Below, piece by piece: positions 11,897 to 25,700 of a DNA stretch of 64,000 nt (within the stretch, counting starts at the first letter, position 1; each line of letters opens with the position of its first letter). The translations under genes were made by a program, and so were the position numbers. This DNA is from Gammaproteobacteria bacterium (GTDB lineage Bacteria > Pseudomonadota > Gammaproteobacteria > UBA4575): contig CBDCTA010000022.1 in the NCBI GenBank assembly GCA_965221955.1, forward strand, positions 192,001-256,000. The letters run 5' to 3'. The notes under the pieces are model-generated. The model was given only the letters and a program-made list of their open reading frames with translations, made no database searches and had not been told where the DNA came from.

Positions 11897-11972
11897 GACA
11901 AGGCAAATACAATCCATAAAAGCGGAGTTTGCTTTTTTGAAAATGAGCATTTTATGGATTGTATTTAACGAA
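11897..11972. repeat. Palindromic intergenic element (REP/MITE-like) with 17-bp perfect inverted repeat
   Basis: AAATACAATCCATAAAA (11905-11921) and TTTTATGGATTGTATTT (11950-11966) enclose GCGGAGTTTGC...AAATGAGCA. Confidence 0.6.
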
Positions 11973-11984
11973 ATATAAAATTAA

Positions 11985-14157
<2,173 letters not shown>

Positions 14158-14171
14158 AAACTTAAAGGAAT

Positions 14172-14432
14172 TTACATTGCTTTAATACGGGCATTCAATC
14201 GACTCTTATGACGTGCAGCTTTATTCGCATGAATAAGTTTTTTGCTGACTGAGGAATCGATCACAGGAACCGCTGCTTTATAAGCTTGCGTTGCGGCATC
14301 CTTATCACCCGCATCAATCAACTTCACTACAGCCTTAATTTTAGTTCTCAAGTGAGAACGCTGTCCTGCATTGTGTAAGCGGTTTTTAATCGCCTGGCGG
14401 GCACGTTTTTTTGCTGATTGAATATTGGCCAA
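14172..14432 (-). CDS. rpsT: 30S ribosomal protein S20
   Basis: (TTG start) [12 protein letters not shown]...[12 protein letters not shown]. Confidence 0.98.
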   Translation of the reverse strand: MANIQSAKKRARQAIKNRLHNAGQRSHLRTKIKAVVKLIDAGDKDAATQAYKAAVPVIDSSVSKKLIHANKAARHKSRLNARIKAM

Positions 14433-14488
14433 AGTAAATCCTAATTCTTATATATATTTGAGATATAGTTGTTCCGTTCGGGTCGCGT

Positions 14489-14517
14489 ACTATGGTAGTA
14501 AGATAAAAAAATGTCAA
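14489..14517 (-). promoter_or_regulatory. sigma70 promoter of rpsT
   Basis: Minus strand TTGACA-17 nt-CATAGT. Confidence 0.65.
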
Positions 14518-14538
14518 CCCCAGTAAATCTAGCCTAGG

Positions 14539-14590
14539 GCCTTATTTACCCCCTAATTTAGCCTTATTTACCCCCTATAATTACCCCCAA
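14539..14590 (+). repeat. Direct repeat (17-bp unit, 22-bp period) overlapping the murJ -10 box
   Basis: GCCTTATTTACCCCCTA at 14539 and 14561, partial third copy TTACCCCCA at 14581; TATAAT at 14576-14581. Confidence 0.8.
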
Positions 14591-16152
14591 TGGCAGAACA
14601 TCGCGCTCTTTTCAAGTCTACCGCCGTCATCAGTGCGATGACCTTTATCTCCCGGATTTTTGGCTATATCCGCGATGCTGTAATTTTCATCTTCTTGGGT
14701 GCTACGGGGAGTACGGATGCCTTTTTTGTAGCATTTCGTATCCCAAATTTTTTACGTAGATTATTTGCTGAAGGGGCATTTTCACAGGCCTTCGTGCCAG
14801 TATTGTCTGAATATAAAGAAAAGCACTCTCAGCAAGAGCTCAAAAGTCTAGTTAACCACGTTTCAGGTGTTCTAAGTCTAATCTTATTGCTCATTACAAT
14901 ATTGGGTGTTTTAACCGCACCACTACTTATATATATATTTGCCCCTGGATTTGCAGATGAGCCTCAACGCTTTGACTTGGCAGGCCAAATGCTACGCATT
15001 ACTTTTCCATATATATTATTTATATCTTTAACTGCATTATCTGCAGGGATTTTAAATACATTTAATCAATTTGCAGTCCCGGCATTTACCCCAACTTTCC
15101 TAAACCTTTCCTTAATTGCAGTTACTTTATGGTTAGCGCCAAGATTTGATCAACCAGTTATCGCGCTGGCGTGGGGAGTATTCATCGCTGGTGTAGCTCA
15201 GTTATTGTTTCAAATTCCATTTTTATATCGTTTGGGCTTACTGCCTAAATTTTCATTACACGGTGCATCAGATGGAGTTAAAAAAATTGGGCGACTCATG
15301 CTACCCGCCATATTTGGCTCATCCGTTGTTCAAATCAATATCATTATTAATACGATGATTGCATCATTCTTAATCGCAGGAAGTATTAGTTGGTTATATA
15401 TATCCGATCGTTTTGTGGAACTCCCTTTAGCCATTTTTGGCGTAGCTACCGCAACTGTAATTTTGCCGCGCCTTTCCAGACAGTATGTGAATCAATCTGC
15501 AGAAGATTTTAATCAAACACTCGAATGGGCACTGAAACTTTCGATCTTTATTGCTTTACCAAGTGCAGTGGGATTAATTTTATTGGCGAAACCAATTTTA
15601 ACCTCTCTTATTCAGTACCGTGAGTTCACTTCACACGATACCAACATGGCTTCTCTTAGTTTAATGACTTATGCATTAGGTTTACCCGCATTCATATTAA
15701 TAAAGGTACTAGCACCTGGGTTTTATTCTCGTCAGGACACGAAAACCCCTGTTAAAATTGGAATCATTGCGATGTTCTGTAACATTGTTCTAAACCTAGC
15801 TTTTTTATGGGTTTGGATAAAATATAATTTACCCGGACCTCATGCGGCCCTCGCGCTGGCCACTTCAATTTCAGCTTATATCAATGCACTCTTATTATTC
15901 AGAATACTGAAAAATTCTGTGGCCGTCTCATTTCAAACTCATTGGTTTAGATATCTAGCTAAAATTACCGGAGCCTCACTAGTGATGCTATTAATACTCT
16001 TGCAGGTATTACCTGAGGCTTCCCAATGGTTTGCTTGGAGTGGTATTTGGCGCATCACTGCCCTTTTGGGCTTTATGCTACTAGGGTCATTGCTGTATAT
16101 TGGCGCGCTGACCTTATTTGGCATTCGTAAAAAAGATTTTATACTTCAATAA
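14590..16152 (+). CDS. murJ: Lipid II flippase MurJ (MviN)
   Basis: SRIFGYIRD, DAFFVAFRIPNFLRRLFAEGAFSQAFVP, many TM helices. Confidence 0.97.
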   Translation: MAEHRALFKSTAVISAMTFISRIFGYIRDAVIFIFLGATGSTDAFFVAFRIPNFLRRLFAEGAFSQAFVPVLSEYKEKHSQQELKSLVNHVSGVLSLILLLITILGVLTAPLLIYIFAPGFADEPQRFDLAGQMLRITFPYILFISLTALSAGILNTFNQFAVPAFTPTFLNLSLIAVTLWLAPRFDQPVIALAWGVFIAGVAQLLFQIPFLYRLGLLPKFSLHGASDGVKKIGRLMLPAIFGSSVVQINIIINTMIASFLIAGSISWLYISDRFVELPLAIFGVATATVILPRLSRQYVNQSAEDFNQTLEWALKLSIFIALPSAVGLILLAKPILTSLIQYREFTSHDTNMASLSLMTYALGLPAFILIKVLAPGFYSRQDTKTPVKIGIIAMFCNIVLNLAFLWVWIKYNLPGPHAALALATSISAYINALLLFRILKNSVAVSFQTHWFRYLAKITGASLVMLLILLQVLPEASQWFAWSGIWRITALLGFMLLGSLLYIGALTLFGIRKKDFILQ

Positions 16153-16165
16153 CAAGCCTATAAAC

Positions 16166-17098
16166 ATGCAGCTTATACGTCATCTATCGAACTATAAAAA
16201 AGACGCTCGAGGCTGCATCGCTACGATCGGCAATTTTGATGGCGTACACCTAGGTCATCAAAAAGTAATTAATAAACTCATTCATGAAAGCAAAACCCTG
16301 GGGTTGCCTTCTATGGTAATTGCTTTTGAACCATCTGCTAAAGAGTTTTTTCTCAAAGAAAATGCACCGCCGCGTTTAACTAATTTTCGTGAAAAATTTT
16401 CACTAATTAGAGAGCTAGGTATTGATAAATTTGTCTGCCTTAAATTTAATCGTGAGCTTGCCAGCATGTCGGCTGAAGATTTTATAAAGAAAATATTAGT
16501 TGACTCATTGGGTATAAAATATTTAACCGTTGGCGATAACTTTCGTTTTGGCAAAGACCGCAAAGGTAACTTTGCATTATTACAAGAATACGCAAATAGT
16601 CTTAGCTACGAAGTGAATGATACTGAAAGTATTATGAGTGGCGATAAGCGTATAAGTAGTACCATGGTTAGAGAATTCTTACATTCTGGCGATTTAGAGT
16701 CTGCTGCATCACTGTTAGGTCGCGATTACTCAATGTCTGGGTGCGTAGTCCATGGTGACAAGAAAGGCCGTACTATTGGCTTCCCAACTGCTAACGTTCC
16801 TATTAAACGTAAAAAATCTGCAGTCAATGGTGTATTTGCTGTAGATGTATTAGTAGAAAACGATGAGCTCGTTCAAGGAGTAGCAAATATTGGGCACCGC
16901 CCTACCGTCAGTGGTACACGTACACAGTTAGAGGTGCACTTATTTCAGTTTTCTAAGGAAATTTATGGAAAACACATCACTGTGATGTTTCAAAAAAAAC
17001 TTCGGGACGAAAAGAAATTTAATTCATTTGAAGACTTAAAACAACAAATCCAGCTTGACTCACAATCTGCGCAAAGATTTTTTGGTATTGCTGCATAA
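16166..17098 (+). CDS. ribF: Bifunctional riboflavin kinase/FAD synthetase
   Basis: [31 protein letters not shown]; likely start MQLIR at 16166 (track ORF from 16118). Confidence 0.97.
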   Translation: MQLIRHLSNYKKDARGCIATIGNFDGVHLGHQKVINKLIHESKTLGLPSMVIAFEPSAKEFFLKENAPPRLTNFREKFSLIRELGIDKFVCLKFNRELASMSAEDFIKKILVDSLGIKYLTVGDNFRFGKDRKGNFALLQEYANSLSYEVNDTESIMSGDKRISSTMVREFLHSGDLESAASLLGRDYSMSGCVVHGDKKGRTIGFPTANVPIKRKKSAVNGVFAVDVLVENDELVQGVANIGHRPTVSGTRTQLEVHLFQFSKEIYGKHITVMFQKKLRDEKKFNSFEDLKQQIQLDSQSAQRFFGIAA

Positions 17099-17106
17099 AT
17101 ATTTCC

Positions 17107-19938
17107 ATGGCTGATTATAAAGACACATTAAATCTACCCAAAACTTCATTTGCGATGAAAGCTAATCTCGCTCAACGTGAACCAGAAATGTTGAAAAAAT
17201 GGGGAAACGAAAATATTTACCAGCAAATTCGTGAAGCTCGCAATGGTGCACCAAGATTTATTTTGCATGATGGCCCTCCTTACGCGAACGGTGAGATTCA
17301 TATCGGCCATGCGGTAAACAAAATTCTTAAAGACATCATCATAAAAAGTAAAACACTTTCAGGATTTGATGTTCCTTATATCCCTGGATGGGACTGTCAT
17401 GGCTTACCTATTGAACATCAAGTAGAAAAGAAAATTGGTAAAGCGGGTACTAAAAAAACACATAAAGAGTTTCGTGATGCGTGCCGTGTATATGCTGAAA
17501 AACAAATAGACAAACAACGAACTGATTTTAAACGCTTAGGTATATTTGGCGATTGGGATAATCCTTACCGAACAATGGACTTTAGCTTTGAAGCCGACAT
17601 TGTCAGGGCAATTGGAAAAATTTATTCCAAAGGCCATATCGTAAGAGGTTATAAACCAGTTTATTGGAGTGTAGTCGGTGCTTCTGCCTTAGCTGAAGCT
17701 GAAGTGGAGTATAAAGATAAAACTTCTTTTGCGATCGATGTACAATTTAATTTTGATGATGAAGATGCTGTAGCAAAAAAAGTCAGTGGCATTGAAGGAG
17801 AAGGCGTAATTGCTGTTGCAATCTGGACTACTACGCCATGGACCTTGCCTTCAAATCAAGCCGTTTCATTACATCCTGAGTTAGATTATGTATTTGTAGA
17901 ATGCGAGCACGAAAATACTAAACTACGGTTGTTATTCGCCGAAGCTTTGTATGAATCATGCTTGCAAAGATACGCAATAGAGAACTATAAAATAGTTGGT
18001 AAATGTAAAGGTAAAGATCTAGAAAAACTACAGCTTCAACATCCTTTTTATAACAAAAAGGTACCCATAATTCTTGGCGAACATGTTACGACAGAGACCG
18101 GCACAGGTGCTGTACATACTGCCCCTGACCATGGCATTGATGATTTCAATGTTGGAAAAAAATATAACATCGGCACTTTAAATTTAGTAGACGATAATGG
18201 AATATTCAAAGAAGAAACAGAAATCTTTGCTGGAGAGCATGTTTACAAAGTAGATGAAAAAGTCATTGAGGCTTTAACCTACCAGAACAAGCTACTTCAT
18301 CAAGAAAAGTTCCAACACAGCTTTCCCCATTGCTGGCGCACGAAAACACCTCTTATATACAGAGCCACACCGCAGTGGTTTATCAGCATGAGTGCTAAAA
18401 ATTTATTGCATGAGGTTAACGATCAAGTTTCAAAAGTAAAGTGGATACCCGAATGGGGACAAGCACGCATAGAAGGTATGTTAGCAAGTAGTCCTGATTG
18501 GTGTATTTCTCGACAACGCACCTGGGGTGTACCAATCACATTTTTTATTGATAAAAACACCGAGCAACTACATCCAAAAACTGCAGTGTTGATCGAACAA
18601 ATAGCCCAAAAAATTGAACAAAAAGGCATGGATGCTTGGTATGAACTCGATGTAAAAGAAATTCTTGGTGACGAAGCAGATCAATATAAAAAAGTCACGG
18701 ACACATTAGATGTATGGTTTGATTCTGGGGTAACCCATTTTGCAGTCGCACAAAAGCGATTGGATGTGGATCTTGAAAGTGGCAAGATGGTCGACCTTTA
18801 TTTAGAGGGATCCGACCAGCATCGCGGGTGGTTTCAATCGTCACTAAAAACCGCTGTGGCTATGTATGGTCATGCTCCTTATCAAGAAGTACTCACGCAT
18901 GGTTTTACTGTGGATGCTGATGGCAAAAAAATGTCGAAGTCTTTAGGGAATGTTGTTGCCCCACAAAAGATATGTAATTCACTAGGTGCAGATGTATTAC
19001 GTCTTTGGGTCGCAGCAACTGACTATAGTGGCGAACTTAATGTATCAGACGAAATTCTTAAGCGCACATCAGATGCTTATCGACGTATAAGAAACACTCT
19101 GCGCTACCTATTATCTAATCTCGATGGCTTTAATCCTGATAGCGATGAAATTCCAGCCAATGAAATGGTAGCATTAGATTATTGGATTGTATGGAAAACA
19201 AATTCATTGCAAAACTTAATTAAACAGCATTACGAAAACTATCAATTTCATAACATATACCATCTTATTCATAATTTTTGTGTTTTAGAACTGGGTAGCG
19301 ATTACTTAGATATCATTAAAGATCGCCAATACACTTCTAAATCTAATAGTCATGCGCGCAAATCTGCTCAGACTGCTATGTTTCATATTGCAGAAGCATT
19401 AGTCCGTTGGATCACACCTATTTTAAGTTTCACTGCTAACGAAGCTTGGGAACACATACCCGGCGATCGCAATAAAACGATATTTACACAATTGTGGTAT
19501 GACTTAAATGAGTTTGAGACATCTGGTGATATTACTGATACAGATTGGGAAGGTATTCTTGAAACAAAAGAAAAAATTAGTAAGGAATTAGAAGGATTAA
19601 GAAACCAAAAAGAAATTGGTTCTTCACTTGATGCTGAGGTGATAGTTTGGAATGCGCCTAATTATTTAGAAAAAATCAAAAACGATGAATTGCGATTTAT
19701 ATTTATCACCTCTTATGCTGATTTAGCGACCCAAGACATTTCTAACACTGCAAAAAAGATGAAAAACGGTGATGGCATTGAATATTTTGTAGAAGTAAAA
19801 AAATCACAGCATCAAAAATGTGTGAGATGTTGGCATCATCGTGAAGAGGTGGGCACAGTTTCTCAACACCCAGAATTATGTAGCCGTTGTGTTAGCAATC
19901 TGCCTGATGGGCTGGGAGAATCTCGCAATTATGCTTAA
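17107..19938 (+). CDS. ileS: Isoleucine--tRNA ligase
   Basis: [33 protein letters not shown]-terminal CVRC/CSRC zinc motif. Confidence 0.99.
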   Translation: MADYKDTLNLPKTSFAMKANLAQREPEMLKKWGNENIYQQIREARNGAPRFILHDGPPYANGEIHIGHAVNKILKDIIIKSKTLSGFDVPYIPGWDCHGLPIEHQVEKKIGKAGTKKTHKEFRDACRVYAEKQIDKQRTDFKRLGIFGDWDNPYRTMDFSFEADIVRAIGKIYSKGHIVRGYKPVYWSVVGASALAEAEVEYKDKTSFAIDVQFNFDDEDAVAKKVSGIEGEGVIAVAIWTTTPWTLPSNQAVSLHPELDYVFVECEHENTKLRLLFAEALYESCLQRYAIENYKIVGKCKGKDLEKLQLQHPFYNKKVPIILGEHVTTETGTGAVHTAPDHGIDDFNVGKKYNIGTLNLVDDNGIFKEETEIFAGEHVYKVDEKVIEALTYQNKLLHQEKFQHSFPHCWRTKTPLIYRATPQWFISMSAKNLLHEVNDQVSKVKWIPEWGQARIEGMLASSPDWCISRQRTWGVPITFFIDKNTEQLHPKTAVLIEQIAQKIEQKGMDAWYELDVKEILGDEADQYKKVTDTLDVWFDSGVTHFAVAQKRLDVDLESGKMVDLYLEGSDQHRGWFQSSLKTAVAMYGHAPYQEVLTHGFTVDADGKKMSKSLGNVVAPQKICNSLGADVLRLWVAATDYSGELNVSDEILKRTSDAYRRIRNTLRYLLSNLDGFNPDSDEIPANEMVALDYWIVWKTNSLQNLIKQHYENYQFHNIYHLIHNFCVLELGSDYLDIIKDRQYTSKSNSHARKSAQTAMFHIAEALVRWITPILSFTANEAWEHIPGDRNKTIFTQLWYDLNEFETSGDITDTDWEGILETKEKISKELEGLRNQKEIGSSLDAEVIVWNAPNYLEKIKNDELRFIFITSYADLATQDISNTAKKMKNGDGIEYFVEVKKSQHQKCVRCWHHREEVGTVSQHPELCSRCVSNLPDGLGESRNYA

Positions 19939-20434
19939 ATGGTTATGGCTCACAGCACTCGTGGTTTTACTAGATCAGATTAGCAAACAAGCCGCGATAA
20001 ATTTACTCGCTTTACATGATCCTCAAACTTTTTTACCTTTTTTTAACTTCACCTTAACCTACAATAAAGGTGCTGCGTTTAGTTTTTTAAGTACAGCGGG
20101 AGGTTGGCAGCGTTGGTTTTTCACTTTATTAGCAATTGGGATAAGTATTTTCATTTTTCTTTGGCTAAAAAAATTATCTGCTAAAGAAAAACTACTCGCT
20201 GTCAGCTTGTCATTAATTTTGGGAGGTGCAATAGGTAATGTAATTGATCGCAGCCTTTATGGATATGTGATCGATTTTATAGACTGGTTTTATCCTGCTA
20301 CTGAATGTTTACCTTTTTTCTTTTCGATTAATCAAACAAGCTGTCATTGGCCGACTTTCAACTTAGCTGATTCGGCTATTTTTCTTGGCGCAGTATTAAT
20401 GATCACTCAAGCCATATTTAGCAAGGAAAGCTAA
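19931..20434 (+). CDS. lspA: Lipoprotein signal peptidase II
   Basis: [36 protein letters not shown]; ATG overlaps ileS end. Confidence 0.96.
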   Translation: MLKWLWLTALVVLLDQISKQAAINLLALHDPQTFLPFFNFTLTYNKGAAFSFLSTAGGWQRWFFTLLAIGISIFIFLWLKKLSAKEKLLAVSLSLILGGAIGNVIDRSLYGYVIDFIDWFYPATECLPFFFSINQTSCHWPTFNLADSAIFLGAVLMITQAIFSKES

Positions 20435-20439
20435 GCTTT

Positions 20440-21378
20440 ATGGAAGTATTGCTCGCCAATCCTCGTGGCTTTTGTGCTGGTGTCGACCGTGCAATTGAGA
20501 TTGTAGAGCGTGCGTTACAAATGTTTGGCGCACCCATCTATGTGAGACATGAAGTTGTACACAACAAATTTGTAGTAGATAACTTAAAAGAAAAAGGTGC
20601 TATTTTTGTAGACGAATTACGCGAAGTGCCAGACGGTTCTACCGTTATTTTTAGTGCACATGGTGTATCAAAAGCTGTACAGAATGAAGCTAAAAATAGA
20701 GATGTAAAAGTGTTTGATGCAACTTGCCCTTTAGTGACTAAAGTGCATTTAGAAGTCGCTCGTTATAGCAAATATGGTTTGGATACCATATTAATCGGTC
20801 ACAAAGGACATCCAGAAGTTGCAGGCACCATGGGGCAATATGATGATTCAAATGGTGGAAAAATCCATTTAGTTGAAAATGTTCAAGATGTTGAGTATTT
20901 AAAAGTCTCTGACACCAATAAAACTGCATTTGTTACGCAAACTACTTTATCTGTCGATGACACTAGTGATGTAATTGATGCACTACGAGATCGCTTCCCG
21001 AATATTATTGGTCCAAAAAAAGATGATATATGTTATGCCACACAAAACCGGCAAGATGCGGTTAAAAAATTAGTAGCAAACTGCGATCTTTTATTAGTGA
21101 TAGGTTCAAATTCCAGCTCAAACTCTAATCGCTTACGAGAAATCGCAGATAAAAATGGCATCGAAGCTCATCTTATCGATGGCCCTGAATATATTCAAAA
21201 TGACTGGCTAGAAAATAAAAATAAAGTGGGTGTCACAGCAGGTGCATCCGCCCCCGAAGTTTTAGTACAACGCGTAATTCAGTTTTTAAAGGAAAAAAAC
21301 AAAGCAATAATTACTGAAGACATTGGGAAAACTGAAAACGTTGTTTTCCCACTACCAAAAATTTTTAGAAAACATTGA
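20440..21378 (+). CDS. ispH: 4-hydroxy-3-methylbut-2-enyl diphosphate reductase
   Basis: [38 protein letters not shown]. Confidence 0.98.
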   Translation: MEVLLANPRGFCAGVDRAIEIVERALQMFGAPIYVRHEVVHNKFVVDNLKEKGAIFVDELREVPDGSTVIFSAHGVSKAVQNEAKNRDVKVFDATCPLVTKVHLEVARYSKYGLDTILIGHKGHPEVAGTMGQYDDSNGGKIHLVENVQDVEYLKVSDTNKTAFVTQTTLSVDDTSDVIDALRDRFPNIIGPKKDDICYATQNRQDAVKKLVANCDLLLVIGSNSSSNSNRLREIADKNGIEAHLIDGPEYIQNDWLENKNKVGVTAGASAPEVLVQRVIQFLKEKNKAIITEDIGKTENVVFPLPKIFRKH

Positions 21379-21385
21379 TTAATAT

Positions 21386-21814
21386 CTACCAGCACTCTGC
21401 TTCACCTAAACCATTACCATTTTCAGCGCCTTTTTGTTGTGCTTGATTAATGGTTAAATTCCCACAACGATCATTTGCTTGGGCTGTTCCAACAGCTGGT
21501 GTTGCACGAAGTGTAAAAGTTTGAAATGGTGCGGCTACAGTAGCAATAGATATTTGGTAAAAATTTTCTGGACTCGTAGTGGCAATTCCTGAGTTGGCTA
21601 TCGTTCCACTATAACGACCAAACTGAGTGTAGTGCCTTTCCATTTTTGCTGCAGCATCCATTAATGCAGCTTTAGCATCTGCTCGTCGAGTTTTTTGCAT
21701 TTGCTCTTGGTAGGAGGGATAAGCGATAGAGGTAATTATTGCAACAATTACAACGACAATCATTAATTCAATTAACGTAATTCCGCGTATTTTTTGTAAT
21801 GTAGGTTGCTTCAT
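21386..21814 (-). CDS. pilE: Type IV minor pilin PilE-like (copy A2)
   Basis: G|ITLIELMIVV prepilin cleavage motif, AYPSY, RRADA, C-terminal Cys pair ending CW. Confidence 0.88.
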   Translation of the reverse strand: MKQPTLQKIRGITLIELMIVVVIVAIITSIAYPSYQEQMQKTRRADAKAALMDAAAKMERHYTQFGRYSGTIANSGIATTSPENFYQISIATVAAPFQTFTLRATPAVGTAQANDRCGNLTINQAQQKGAENGNGLGEAECW

Positions 21815-21920
21815 ATGTGTATTGCTTACTATTAAATTATTGTTTAATAGGTTATAGCATTATAAGATTTCAAAAAGCGATTAAATACACAAATTTAGTG
21901 ATTAACGGAAATAATTTAGC

Positions 21921-22322
21921 TCACCATTTAGCAGCAGGCACTTTTACTCCTTGTGAATTATAGGTTAAGTTCCCATCACTATTTTGAGCAGTTCCTGCTG
22001 TTGCTGTTAGAACTACACACTGAGAAATTCCTCCGCCGCATGCAGCCGCGGAAACTGTGTAAAATCCTTCATCAGAATTTGTATCAGTAAGACCTAGTCC
22101 TGCTGGTTCTGCTCCTGTCAAGTTTGTCGTGTATGACCCATAGTTTGTAAAAAATCTTTCTTGAGCATTCATCACCTCCATCAACATGGCTTGTCCATCA
22201 GATCTTCTGGTTTTGATCATCTGATCACGGTATGAAGGGTACGCAATACTCGCTAAAACTCCTACGATCGCTACAACAATCATTAATTCGATTAACGTAA
22301 TACCTTTTTGTTTATTGTGCAT
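21921..22322 (-). CDS. pilE: Type IV minor pilin PilE-like (copy A1)
   Basis: G|ITLIELMIVV, AYPSY, RRSDG, QERFF. Confidence 0.88.
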   Translation of the reverse strand: MHNKQKGITLIELMIVVAIVGVLASIAYPSYRDQMIKTRRSDGQAMLMEVMNAQERFFTNYGSYTTNLTGAEPAGLGLTDTNSDEGFYTVSAAACGGGISQCVVLTATAGTAQNSDGNLTYNSQGVKVPAAKW

Positions 22323-22346
22323 GAACTTTTCCTAATTAATGCAAAA

Positions 22347-22703
22347 TTAATTTAACTTGACACTGCCTTTAGGCACGATCCATATTTCAGTAATTGTTTC
22401 ATCATTATTTGAAGTCATGAATGTGATATTAGACCCTTTGCTTAAATTGTTTATCGAACCAAACTCATTCTTTTTCGAATGGACTTTTACATTTTGACCT
22501 AAATAATATTTAGTTGCGTTAATCATTATCGTATTCTTTGATCGATCTAATTCTTGTACAACGCCTTGGTTTCGCGCGACTTGATATTTTCCTAAAGTTA
22601 CTGCCTTAATCGCAAGATCATGCTCATTGGTCTCACTCCATGCAATACTCCCTAAGATAAAACTTAGAAAAAAAACAATCAAAATTTTAGCTGTGACTTT
22701 CAT
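22347..22703 (-). CDS. Small secreted protein, PilY2-like by position
   Basis: Signal peptide, beta-rich body ending EIWIVP; lies between pilY1 and pilE. Confidence 0.55.
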   Translation of the reverse strand: MKVTAKILIVFFLSFILGSIAWSETNEHDLAIKAVTLGKYQVARNQGVVQELDRSKNTIMINATKYYLGQNVKVHSKKNEFGSINNLSKGSNITFMTSNNDETITEIWIVPKGSVKLN

Positions 22704-22721
22704 AATGTTCCTTTCATGAAT

Positions 22722-25700
22722 CTATTGTACAATTAACTCACGCCACGAGTTTCTGCCGGTAGTTGCAGTAGCCTCTGTATTAGTTCCGATACTTCGTACA
22801 GTTTTATCACTTTGTTGCGTTACACGATATTTACCAATAAATGCAGCATCGGTTGGTGTCGTGTCATCAAATCGTATCCCCGCAACAATGTATGCATCTC
22901 CAGCTGTGTCGTTAATATTGTCGTCTAAATCAAATGTACCGTCTGCATTGATATCAAATATAAAATCAGATCCAGAGCCGCCCGTTAATGGATTAAATGC
23001 TAATTCAAATCCACCAGCTCCTGTGTTACACGGGTTAGAGCTTTTAGGAATGATCGTATTTACGAATAGGAAGTCCCCACGTAACTGAAGATTACGCACG
23101 GCACGCTCTCCAGGATATTCAACTCCTGAGGATAATCCAGCAGCTGGCATGTCAAGATCAATATACCAACCCATCACTTTGTTATTTGTACTGCCAGTGT
23201 CTTTCCAATTAATTGCATTATTGGTCAAGGATCGAACCGTGAAGCCGTGCTCTTTGCTGGTGTGATTTGTAAAAATTTGTTCAACTAGTTGATTATCAGA
23301 ATCAACCATTAGCACTTCATTGCCCGTGCCGTTATCCCAGATACCGTAAATAGATTGAATATCGGTGCTAGTTGAATCATCTGAAGTCATCCAACTTCCT
23401 GTCGCAACAATTACGATGTATCCACCTTCATCTTTGTTTTTAACTACAATCGGTCGATTAATAATAGGTTGAACGGCTGTTCTTGGATAACTTGTGCCAT
23501 AACGCGCTTTAAAAAGAACATCGCGATTCGACGAATCATCCCATTGACTTGGGTTGGTGCTGCTTACATCAACTCGATATAAGTTGCCTTGTAAATCGCC
23601 CGCATACAGTTGATCCACAGTTCCATCTCCATCTATGTCGATGCCTCGAACCCCGCCAATTCCATTTGGTGTGGTGCCATCACTGCTCTCTGCTTTTCCA
23701 TAACCTGTGCTAATTTTTATATAGTCTGATCCTGACGTCCAAACGCCATCTTGACCAGCTTCTAAAAAGGCCATATAAATAGCAGCATCACCATCTGTAC
23801 TGGTACTGTTAAAGCCATTACCAAAAATAGCTACCCAATCTTTTTCACCATCACTATTTATATCGGCATTACTCATCGCCAATAATGGCGCACTAAAACT
23901 ATAACCTAAGTCACTATTACCAATAATACCGTCATCTGCTTCTGTGAACTCCCACATTACATTTTGTGCAGCATTTGTCTCTGTTGTAAATGCAGAAGGG
24001 TCTGTGATATTTAAAGCATAGTAGCCCTTACCACCCGCACCCAATCCACCAACTAAAACAGTATTCCATGAGGCATCAGTGCTACCTGATTTTTTCATAA
24101 ATACATCATTGATACTTGGAGTGAGATCAACATAAAAACGGTGATCGTAATCAGGATCAGTTAATTCAGATAATTCATCAAATAGAATATTTGGGACATA
24201 CGCAAACAGCTCTTCACCATCTGTAGCCTTAAATGCATGTAACATTCCATCATTTGCGCCTACGTACACTACCGAGGTTCGATTAGCATTATCACTTTTA
24301 AAAGTTGTATATAGATCATCCACATTAGAAGGAAACTCTCCAGGAAAGGCGCCTGAAATGCGCCCAGTAAATGAGGGTTGTCCTACATAGACGGGGGTTG
24401 AATGAACAATATCACCCAATTTTCCAGCAAATAACGGTCGAATGCGGAACTCACCATCATCAAAAGTTGGCCCTTCATCAACAGAGTGACCTCTAAGATA
24501 ATTTAAACGCTCGTCACCCACGTCTGAAACATTTGCAGGAACAGGCTGATCTAGTGCATACATTTGTGTACTGGTATTATTGCGAGGTCCTGTAATCTTG
24601 CTCGAACCAGCCCATTTAAATGCAACACCTTGACTTGAAGCACCATTATCATCATAGGTGATAATGACACGGCTATCGCTACTAGCACCTGTTTTATTAT
24701 CTAACTCTTCTGCAGCATTCCATTCAAAAATAGGATCGCCGTTTGTATCCACATTTAATGTTCCATTAAAATTAATTCGTTGCGCTACCAAAGAACCTGT
24801 GTTGTCTTGTGTATTAAAAAATGCACGGAATACAACAGAATCAGCTTCAATGGTTTGACTATTGAAAGCTACAGAAGATGCAGCACCTTCACCCGTACCT
24901 ATTTCATCAAAGATCTCTTCCAATGTATTCGCAAGGACTTCAGGATTATTCGCACTGGTAAAACTTCCACGACCGTTGTAGGCAGCATGTCGTAGATCAT
25001 CGATCTTTTCAGGATCTCCATCATCTGGGTCTGGCCAATATGACTTGTTCACAACGGTAGGATCCGAAGGCATAGTACTTAGCGTGCCCTCCACACCAAA
25101 ACCAACCGAGTAGGTAGCCATATGCTGGTGCATGGTGTCTTCTAACGTCAGTGTCGTAGCAGTGTCAGGATAGCGTGACACATCTTTGTTTGTTGTAGGC
25201 ACATCATTTGCTAAAGAGCTATGTAAATCATTCTCATAATATTCCATAGCAATGTCTGCTAATGTATCTGAATAATCATCAGCAAATGCACCATTATCAA
25301 AATTTGTATCATCATCGCCGTCTTCATCACTAACACCAGGATCGGAACCATTGTAAAAACCATCCGTCATTAAAATTGCAAAATTTTGTTGACAAGTACC
25401 GTTTGGCGCTGCCTCGATAGGACAACCTGAACTACCTGGTGTGGAATCACTTGTTGACCCAAAAATATCACCGTCTTCGCACTCAAAGTAACGCCCAACT
25501 TGTTCAAAGTTCTCTCTTAGAGGTGTTCCACCGCTAGGGCGTGTTGAAAAAATATTATCTAGTAATGACTTCTTGTTTCCACTACCTGGCGATAAATTCA
25601 TTGAGCTTACTTGTGTTGCAACACTATTATTATCATGCAGCGTGGCGTAACCAATGCGCGCTAACGTTGTCTCATCGATTACATTACTTAAAGCTGCTTT

